Assembly (NCBI GenBank): GCA_048128005.1
Contig: JBEUKZ010000096.1
Coordinates: 310,001-374,000, forward strand
Direction of reading: 5' to 3'
DNA length: 64,000 nt
From: Veleropilina oligotropha
Lineage: Eukaryota
Part shown: positions 1 through 8,603 of the stretch, one piece after another
Position numbering within the stretch: the stretch's first letter is position 1
Layout: each line of letters starts with the position of its first letter
Notes under the pieces: model-generated
Databases searched by the model: none
What the model saw: the letters and a program-made list of their open reading frames with translations, nothing else
Told to the model about the DNA's origin: nothing
Position numbers and translations under genes: made by a program

Positions 1-489
1 ACTGATAATGCTTTGTCTAGAATGTAGGTCAAAATGGCCCCGGTCAACGAATGTAGGTCAAAATGGCCCCGGTCAAAATGGCCCCGGTCAATATGGCCCC
101 GGTCAAAATGGCCCCGGTCAAAATGGCCCCATGAGCAAACTAGGTCAAAATGGCCCCAGAGATAAAATAATATTATAGAAAATAAAATCTATATCTATAT
201 CTAAATGAATAAATAATGACTATTAAGTGATAATATAACAACAACAGATGATAGAAAGTAATATATTTTAATATATTCTCAAAGGATAAATATACAACTA
301 TAAACATTACGGTTCTGATGAAAGTATTTTACATCCTTCTGCTCGATTGTACTCAATGTTACTATGCAAACATAAACTATAAATCTGACAAACTAAATTA
401 ACGTCATTATGGTCAGTTATCCTCAAAATGTATACAGTACAGTATATGCAACCATAAATCAGACTGAACTGAAATTGCACAACTAACTA

Positions 490-732
490 TTAATGTCCAA
501 TATGAATGTTGTGCCCAACACCACGCAAGAAATTCGCTAGTACCGATCGGCCTTCACTGTATTCGGTACACAGTGTTTTCAGTCGGCGTTGTTGCTGTAT
601 GTGCACGCGTTTCGTCCTCTTCTTAGGGGGATTTCCAATCGTCGCCTGAGATAGCATTGTTGTGGAATTACACTCTTCAATTTGAAGGTGCTTTATTAAT
701 TTCCATATCGATGGATGATAGAATCCAACCAA
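490..732 (-). pseudogene. MULE transposase C-terminal remnant
   Basis: VGFYHPSIWKLIKHLQIEE...YSEGRSVLANFLRGVGHN matches the tail typical of animal MULE transposases; the rest is deleted or replaced by (TA)n. Confidence 0.7.
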
Positions 733-745
733 CTGGCTGAAACGG

Positions 746-965
<220 letters not shown>

Positions 966-1103
966 TTTTAAAATCTGAGGGCCATTTTGACCTAGTTTGC
1001 TCTTGGGGCCATTTTGACCGGGGCCATTTTGACCATTTTTTTTGGACCGGGGCCATTTTGACCGGGGCCATTTTGACCGGGGCCATATTGACCGTACACC
1101 GCT

Positions 1104-2637
1104 TTGTCTATTGTTGTTACATTCCAAAACAATGATATTTTCCATGGACTGTATACATTTTTCAAGCAAGGTTACAAGTGCTCAGTAAATCCGGATAATG
1201 AAGATTTAATGGTCAGACCAGAACATTGTAATCCACAAGACAAAGTAGTGATTACAGTTTATTATTCAACAAAGCGCCTTCATATACAAGGAAAAGGATG
1301 CAAAACTTGGTGGAATGATAAAGGAAAAGACATTGTGGACATGATATGCAATATGGATGGGCTATTTGATCAAACCCTAATTACTTCCACTCCATTACAT
1401 ATAACCTGTGATAATAGCTTCACACATGCCAAGCAGATAATCAGCCCAGTCCCAAGTGTTCAAACAATTGGTGGTCAACCAAGCATATCACCTGACAAAC
1501 TGTCCGCACTCACAAGCCAGGTAGTGTTGTTACAGCAATCAGTAAATATGATTTTCAAGAGCATCTCAGCAGCCAGAAAAGTAAACATGATAACAGCAGA
1601 GAGACACTCATTAACCAATTGCAGTCACAATTAGCATCTACCCATGCAGATCTAAAACGAGCTAACCAAGAGAAAAAGGGACTTCTTTGTGAGCTGAAGC
1701 TATCAAATGAGCAAAATAATCAGCAACTACAAACAATATCAGACTTACAACAGCAATTAGCAACAAAGAGGAGACAACCTGAAAGAAATATGAAAAATAA
1801 ACATACCAACAAGAAAGCAGCAACGGAAAATCCAAATCCTCCACAAAATATCGAGCATGAAATCGAAACTTCAACAATTCATGAATCACTGGAAACTTGG
1901 ATCAATGACTCACGCACTGAATGGACCGTAAAATCTCGCAAGCGCAATTACAATCGTCAAAGTGATATTCGAAAACCCCAAAATAACAAAACTCTCATCA
2001 CGGGTTCATCCATTTTGAAACACATTGAACGTAGAGGACTGCTGCAACATGTGGATGTTAAAACGCATCGAGGTGCCACAGTACAAATACTGCTTGGTCA
2101 CATTAAAAGGACGAACTTACACCAATATGCGCAAATTGTGCTACACATTGGAGGCAACGATGCTGCCCAAGGGTCTTCTCTTCATACGATAGCTCAGGAT
2201 TACGAAGAGCTAGTTTCGTACATCCAAGACCAGACCCCTGATACTCAGATCTTCGTCTCTGGTTTAACTCACCGGCATGATGCGGATGTACGACCTCTGA
2301 ACAACGTGCTACAAGAACTTTCTCATTTCTACGATCTCGTCTTCATTGAGAACTATTCCAATATAAACCAAGACACTGGATGCCTGTCCCGATGGCATCC
2401 ACATATCCAAATACGGTACGTCACAACTTCTTCGGAATTTTGAGCAAGAACTACCGACAATTCACCCTCGAAAACCATCATCTGATTATACCAGAACTCG
2501 TGAGGTAGGATGTTATTATTGTGGTGAACAAGGTCACATTTCAAATGTTTGTAAACATGGGAAAAAAGTGCAGTGCTGGACATGTGGTTTGCTCGGTCAT
2601 AAATCCAAATTATGCCAGAGCAACATTTCCATGTGAT
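1104..2637 (+). pseudogene. LINE ORF1 (coiled coil + SGNH/GDSL esterase + two CCHC zinc knuckles), frameshifted
   Basis: ORFs 1104-1634 and 1619-2443 contain ITGSSILK...RGAT...VLHIGGND; in another frame at ~2508-2620, CYYCGEQGHISNVC and CWTCGLLGHKSKLC. Confidence 0.85.
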
Positions 2638-2944
2638 AGGACACAGGTCATGTTATGGCCGATGAAAGTGCTGATTCTAGCATATTAATAGACAATTCAG
2701 TCAAAGATTGTGCTATTGCAACAACTGTACATTTGTCATGCCATAATAATGCTATCTTCCCTGAGTCAAACAATTCTAATATTATTAATAACTTGTTCAT
2801 TGACTATGCATGTACTGTATATGCATTATTATTTGTTACAGTAGCATTTAATGCAATGACAGTAAGTCGGGGAAAAAAAATGATAATTCAAAATTCACAA
2901 ATCAACGAAATCCTTTTGATCTTTGTAAGAAAGGATTAAAGTTT

Positions 2945-4388
2945 ATGCAATTAAATATCTGTCACCTACTACCCAAGTTAGATGAAATAGATTACTTGTT
3001 AAAAGAGTCTAGATATGCTCCTGAAATACTTGGTTTTACTGAGACTTTTCTGACAAATGAGGTATCTGATTCTGAGATTTCTCTTCAAAATTACAATTTA
3101 ATTAGGAAAGATAGAATTGGAAAATTGGGAGGTGGGATTGCAGTTTATGTTCGAGAAAATTTATTATTTGAAAGAAAATTGAACATAGAAATTGGAGATA
3201 TCGAGACAATCTGGCTTAATATTACACCACCTAAAAGTAAACAGTTTTTGATATGCTTTGTTTATAGACACCCGGATGCAAAATGTAGTTGGATTGACAA
3301 ATTCGAAGTCGAATTATTAAAAGCACAAAATGAAGACAAAGAAATAATTGCAATGGGCGACTAACTTCAATGAATTGTGCCCTGGTACTATTCCCACAAA
3401 ATGGAAAGAAGTTATTCAGGTATATGATCTTACCCAGGTTGTCACTTCGCCAACTAGGAGCACAAATACCAGCTCTACTCTGATCGATCATGTGTACACA
3501 ACTCATCCAAATAACATTATTCAGGTAACCGTCCCAAATAGTGACCATTTTCCTACATGTATTGTCAAACAAAATAATTATAAGATAAAAAAGGATAATC
3601 ATTATGAAATAACATATAGGAATTTTAAACATTTTCAGGCAGAACATTTTTTGCGTGACCATGCATGCACGCCTTTTTCAAATATTGAGCAGTACACTGA
3701 CACCAATATTTGCCTAACTATATGGTATGATCTGTTTTTAAAAATATTAAACAAACATGCTCCCCTAAGAACTAAAAGAGTACGACGATGCCAACAGGAA
3801 CCATGGTTTAATGAAAAAATAAAAGAAGCTCGGAATTTGAGAGATATGTTTAAATGAAAAAATGACTTCATAAATTACAAAATTTGGAGAAATAAAACCA
3901 CTAATCTTATAAATATTGCCAAAGCAAACCATGTGAAAAATGTTGTTGAGACAGAAAAAGATTCTCGCAAAATATGGGACCTTTTGAAAACAGTAACAAA
4001 AGTAAAAAATAAAAGTTGTCCATTTCCAACAATTCTTGATCTTGACAGTAAACAGGTAGTTGATCCCCAGGAAATCGCAAATACCACGAGTAACTATTTT
4101 ACAGACATTCTTGAAACTCTGAAGCAAAATACAAATAATATGCCAGATTTTCATAAATTAGAGCAATTTATCACAGAATCAATTTCAGGAGATATTAATT
4201 TTCATATTGACTGTATATCATGTGCAGATGTTGCAAAATACTTAAAAGAGTTAGATACTTCAAAGTCTGTTGGTTTGGACGGTATTGGTCCTAGAGTTTT
4301 AACAATGGCTTCAGATATCATAGCTCCATCTTTAACATATATTTTCAACTTATCCATTCAAAAAAGTATTTTTCCTAGTGCACTTAAA
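2945..4388 (+). pseudogene. LINE ORF2 5' part (APE endonuclease and start of RT), frameshifted/stopped
   Basis: QLNICHL, GFTETFL, RKDR..GGGIAVYV, VYRHP, MGD, PTR...LIDHVY, SDH, KSVGLDGI motifs spread over ORFs 2945-3364, 3348-3857 and 3933-4391. Confidence 0.92.
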
Positions 4389-4420
4389 TGAGGTTTTAAT
4401 GTAAACCTAATATTAGTATA

Positions 4421-4626
4421 AAACATACTTACGTCCTTACTCTTGCCATAATAGCATATTATCGCCCAAACCGGAAATGGTGAATATGTCCCATAATGCA
4501 CCGTTATAAGCCAAAAAAGCACACGGTTACCTCCCCTGCTCCTACCCCCCACGTTCCCTAGCGAGACTTCGCCAAGTCTCGTGAGACTTCTGAACAATAG
4601 AAGTCACATGACATCAATTCAAAGTT
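4421..4626. repeat. DIRS copy 1 inverted terminal repeat (3' side of element)
   Basis: Reverse complement of 11650-11855. Confidence 0.95.
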
Positions 4627-4686
4627 CAAAAACCACAAAGGAACGTAGTAGAGGGGAGGAATGCGAAACGCAGGGTGGGTAATCGT

Positions 4687-4777
4687 GTAAGGACGTAAGT
4701 ATGTTTTATACTAATATTAGGTTTACATTAAAACCTCATATATAGTTACAAACATACTTACGTCCTTACTCTTGCCA
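4687..4777. repeat. DIRS copy 1 internal complementary region (ICR)
   Basis: ...TTAAAACCTCA-TAT-ATAGTTACAAAC... is the reverse complement of the left end joined to the reverse complement of the right end. Confidence 0.95.
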
Positions 4778-5618
4778 GAATAACCTTGGATAGGTGGGTA
4801 AGACGTTCCTTACAACAAACCCAAACAAGATAATGACTTACTTTTTCACCAATTCGATCAGCATGAAGCGTCGAGTGTGTCCGCCTAGAGTGGAATTTTT
4901 TACTGAGTATTATATTCTACTCTTACCAGGCGAGAATTTCGACCAGTGTTACCGGGAGGATACGCCGTGGTGTTAGTCGGACGAGGTGAACGGAAGTGCA
5001 ATCAGCCCCTGGCACGGCCGGAAGGATAAATCCCTGTAGGTCTTACGTGTCATGGACCAGTGGCAGCCAAATGGGACTCCGGGCCTATAGGCCGGTAGCC
5101 AGAGGATGCAGTCGGATTTGTAAGCACACGGAACCTAACAGGTTGTGAAAGCTTTAAAATCAAAAGCAAAGAATTAATAGATTATATAATAATCGATATT
5201 AATAAGTAGTTCGCATGACCAACTTGCGAACGCTAACATGGACGACATGTCACTTAAAATAAATTTTAAGGAAGCAAAAATGTTCGACATGTTACTTAAA
5301 AATAAATGTTAAGGAATCAACATTTTAAATGTATTGAACATCGTATGTTCGATTACAGCAAAGAACATAATAATATTGAACCCTAATCTTTTTAAGATTT
5401 GTGCAAAATTATCAAAGTTGTTTTATTAAATTCAATGTGATCTGGCTTATGTCAACACTCAGGTCTGACATGAGAAGTACAAAATCTTAAATTAGATTTA
5501 AGAAATGAACAGACATTGAACTGCCCCATAGGTGTTAATTACATAGCACCGTTTGGCCAACGAAAATAAAATGGCGTCAGTAAATATGCAAATGATCAAT
5601 CAGAGAACAATAGGCTAC

Positions 5619-8576
5619 TTACTGATTAGAAGACCTCGGTCTAACAATAACCCGTTGAGCAGCAACACAGTGCAAACTGCTTAGGCCATCAGCCCCGGTT
5701 GAGTAGTCGCGCAGATAATGTTTGACAAACACGTTAGCGTTTTTCCAATATCCGGCCTGTAGTAACGCATTGATATTTAGATTATGGCGGAAGGCTACAG
5801 ACGCTGCAATGGCCCGGACCTCATGTGCGCGGACCGATAAAATAGTTCGGTCGTCGTCATCACAACGGATGTAAACATCTCTCACAGTTTGTGAAATCCA
5901 CCGCGAAACAGTAGTCCTCGTAATGTCGCGGGTGTAGGTGGGCAAATACGATATGAATAAACGTAATTTTCCCTGTCGCAACTCACGGGTTCTGTCTAGG
6001 TAGAATCGAAGCGCCCGGACCGGGCAATTGAAGCGGTCTGCGTCGCGCCTTCCGACTAGCGTTAGCTTGGGAATAACAACATCGGGTGCGTCCTCGTTCG
6101 GCCGCTGGTTCTTGGCTAAGAAGCCCAGAATGGGACGCAGTATCACTGACCCGTCTGACTGGAATCGTATGTCTCTTAGCTCGGAGGAGAAAGCATGAAT
6201 CTCGGAACAACGCCTGCCCGACGCTAAGGCGATCAGAAAAACTGTTTTGTGCGTCAAGTTCCTCATGGTTATCTCGGACATCGGCTCATACGGGGGTAAG
6301 AGTAATGCGTTAAGAATAAGTACGATATTCCAGGCAGGTGGCTTAATTCTTCGGGTCGGTATCTCGAGTTCATAAGATCGTATAAAATCTGATATCGTTC
6401 GGTCGCTTGATAGGCCAGCATGGGCACGACACTGCTTTAGCGTGGTCGCGATCGTTGCCCGATAGCCTTTGACGGCGGACACTGACATACCGCGGTCGAA
6501 GAGCGACGATAAAAACTCGATAAACTTGTTCACAGGGGGACGGAGTATATTGATCTGCCTGCTGTGACACCAATCCACGTACTTAACCCATCGGTAGTCA
6601 TAGACTTTTGTAGTGGAAATCCTTCTCGATCGATAGATACGTAAGGCTGTAGCTTTAGAAAATCCTTTCTTAGCAAGGGATCGTTCGATAACCGCCAGGC
6701 GTGTAAACGTAAGTGGTTCGGCGACTCGTGGAGTACACGGGTGCGTGGTTGCATTAACAGGTCTAGTTTCTGCGGTAACGCTAACGGTCGATCGACGATC
6801 AGATCGAGGAGGGTCGGAAACCAAGGTTGCGTGCGATAAAGGGGCGCTATTAGCGTTATCTCGCAACGTTCGGTCGCTGCCTTCTGTAATACCAGTGATA
6901 GAATGCACGTCGGGGGGAAGGCATACGCGGACAGATTCTCCCATGTCATTGACATTGCGTCGACCGCCAGGGCGGCCGGGTCTGGGTACGGGGAGACATA
7001 CAGAGGTAGTCGGTAATTGAATTCTGTTGCAAACAAGTCGACTTGGGGTTGCGACCACCGGCGGCAAACATCCCGAGCTACTCGGCTGTGTAGCGTCCAC
7101 TCTGTGTGTATAATCTGTGATCTCCGAGAGAGCGAATCCGCTCTGACATTCAGCTTTCCCGGGATGTGTCGGGCTCGAATCGTCGAGTTGAGGGACATCA
7201 CTAAGCGGTGTAGGTCTATTGCTCGGTCGCATAGGGGACGCGAGCGTGTACCGCCCTGGTGCTGTATGTAAGCGACGACAGTCGTGTTGTCCGTGGCGAG
7301 CATTATATGCTTGTTGCGGAGATGTGACGAGAGGGACCGTACTGACAGGTAGACGGCTTCTAACTCTAGGAAGTTGATATGTCGTCCCTGAAGGTCTGTC
7401 GGCCATAGGCCTGATGTCTCGTAACTGTCGAGGTGACCACCCCAGCCGTCGTTCGAAGCGTCTGTGAACAGGTAAGCGTTCGGCTCTGGTGGGGATATAG
7501 GAACCGACTGGTCCGGCAAAGCGGGGTTCAACCACACTGCTGTCGTGTCGGTAAACCAATGCCGTAGATCGATGCGATCCTTCCACTGCCCCGTCCGTTG
7601 TATCCAGCGATCCCTGAAAGCCTGTTGTAACGGTCTTTTGTCCATGCGACCCGTCGGTAGCAGGGGCGCTACCGACTCGATGTGCCCCAGGACAGTGGCC
7701 AGTTGTCGCGCCGTAGTTATGTCCGATGACAGGGTGTCTTGGATAACCGCGCGTAGGTTCCGCATACGCTTCTGGGTCGGCTTCGCGGTGTACCGGACCG
7801 TATCGAAGTCGACTCCGAGGAACGTAAACGTCGTCGAGGGCACGAAGCAGGATTTTGTCTCGTTGATCTGAAATCCCAGGCGCTTCGTCGATGACAGGGT
7901 AAAGCTCGTAGACCGGAGGCACAGATCTCGGGACGCCCCGAGGATCAGCCAGTCGTCGAGGTACATATGTACCCTGTGCCCTAGAGAGTGTAGGAAGGCC
8001 CCCAGGGCCTGTACTGTTCTCGTGAAGACGTACGGGGCTGACGATAGACCGAACGGTAGGCACCTGAATTGGTAGATCGTCTCCCCGTGTATAAACCGAA
8101 GGTACTGATGAGCCGTGATATGCATCGGGACATGCAGATACGCGTCGGCGAGATCGATAGACGCTGCCCAGTCGCCCGGACGGATGGCCGCTCGAATCTT
8201 CGAGAGGGTTTCTTGCTGGAATTTCTCGGTACGAAGATATAGGTTTAGGTACGAGAGATCGAGGATCGGTCTCCAGCGGCCATCGGGTTTCGGGACCAGG
8301 AAGAAATGGCTGTAAAATCCTGGTGTGCTGGGCGGCGCGGGATATATCGCTCTTTTTAGGAGCAAATCCCGCACTGCCTGGTCTAAGACCGCTTGTTTCT
8401 CTCCGTTTAGGAGGCGAGCGTGTCTTGTTGGTGGTGCCTCGGTTAAGGTCGGATGCCGGTTGAATGCCAACTTGTATCCGGCACTCACGACTAAGTGGAC
8501 CCAGTTGCTGTCTGTCAGCTCTAGCCAGGGCTGGCTGTGTGCTAACAGGCACGCTCCCACCGGCGGGAGCGGGCAA
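5619..8576 (-). CDS. DIRS tyrosine recombinase ORF (YR domain in the C-terminal ~360 aa; N-terminal part overlaps pol; true start unknown)
   Basis: [40 protein letters not shown] catalytic R..H-x-x-R..Y pattern. Confidence 0.93.
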   Translation of the reverse strand: MPAPAGGSVPVSTQPALARADRQQLGPLSRECRIQVGIQPASDLNRGTTNKTRSPPKRRETSGLRPGSAGFAPKKSDISRAAQHTRILQPFLPGPETRWPLETDPRSLVPKPISSYREIPARNPLEDSSGHPSGRLGSVYRSRRRVSACPDAYHGSSVPSVYTRGDDLPIQVPTVRSIVSPVRLHENSTGPGGLPTLSRAQGTYVPRRLADPRGVPRSVPPVYELYPVIDEAPGISDQRDKILLRALDDVYVPRSRLRYGPVHREADPEAYAEPTRGYPRHPVIGHNYGATTGHCPGAHRVGSAPATDGSHGQKTVTTGFQGSLDTTDGAVEGSHRSTALVYRHDSSVVEPRFAGPVGSYIPTRAERLPVHRRFERRLGWSPRQLRDIRPMADRPSGTTYQLPRVRSRLPVSTVPLVTSPQQAYNARHGQHDCRRLHTAPGRYTLASPMRPSNRPTPLSDVPQLDDSSPTHPGKAECQSGFALSEITDYTHRVDATQPSSSGCLPPVVATPSRLVCNRIQLPTTSVCLPVPRPGRPGGRRNVNDMGESVRVCLPPDVHSITGITEGSDRTLRDNANSAPLSHATLVSDPPRSDRRSTVSVTAETRPVNATTHPCTPRVAEPLTFTRLAVIERSLAKKGFSKATALRIYRSRRISTTKVYDYRWVKYVDWCHSRQINILRPPVNKFIEFLSSLFDRGMSVSAVKGYRATIATTLKQCRAHAGLSSDRTISDFIRSYELEIPTRRIKPPAWNIVLILNALLLPPYEPMSEITMRNLTHKTVFLIALASGRRCSEIHAFSSELRDIRFQSDGSVILRPILGFLAKNQRPNEDAPDVVIPKLTLVGRRDADRFNCPVRALRFYLDRTRELRQGKLRLFISYLPTYTRDITRTTVSRWISQTVRDVYIRCDDDDRTILSVRAHEVRAIAASVAFRHNLNINALLQAGYWKNANVFVKHYLRDYSTGADGLSSLHCVAAQRVIVRPRSSNQ
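6530..8560 (-). CDS. DIRS pol: reverse transcriptase + RNase H + adenine-methyltransferase-like domain (start uncertain)
   Basis: [53 protein letters not shown] and YAFPP motifs. Confidence 0.96.
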   Translation of the reverse strand: MGACLLAHSQPWLELTDSNWVHLVVSAGYKLAFNRHPTLTEAPPTRHARLLNGEKQAVLDQAVRDLLLKRAIYPAPPSTPGFYSHFFLVPKPDGRWRPILDLSYLNLYLRTEKFQQETLSKIRAAIRPGDWAASIDLADAYLHVPMHITAHQYLRFIHGETIYQFRCLPFGLSSAPYVFTRTVQALGAFLHSLGHRVHMYLDDWLILGASRDLCLRSTSFTLSSTKRLGFQINETKSCFVPSTTFTFLGVDFDTVRYTAKPTQKRMRNLRAVIQDTLSSDITTARQLATVLGHIESVAPLLPTGRMDKRPLQQAFRDRWIQRTGQWKDRIDLRHWFTDTTAVWLNPALPDQSVPISPPEPNAYLFTDASNDGWGGHLDSYETSGLWPTDLQGRHINFLELEAVYLSVRSLSSHLRNKHIMLATDNTTVVAYIQHQGGTRSRPLCDRAIDLHRLVMSLNSTIRARHIPGKLNVRADSLSRRSQIIHTEWTLHSRVARDVCRRWSQPQVDLFATEFNYRLPLYVSPYPDPAALAVDAMSMTWENLSAYAFPPTCILSLVLQKAATERCEITLIAPLYRTQPWFPTLLDLIVDRPLALPQKLDLLMQPRTRVLHESPNHLRLHAWRLSNDPLLRKDFLKLQPYVSIDREGFPLQKSMTTDGLSTWIGVTAGRSIYSVPL

Positions 8577-8603
8577 CTGGGGCCGTCGCGAATGCCGGCA
8601 GCC

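Noticed and set aside
27..157. Regularly repeated 15-mers resembling a CRISPR or iteron array
   Set aside because: No unique spacers; they are mirrored at 980-1095 as transposon ends in a eukaryotic context.
4358..4597. Recurrent small [14 protein letters not shown]... (four occurrences)
   Set aside because: Translation of the DIRS inverted terminal repeat from a TTG; no sign of coding.
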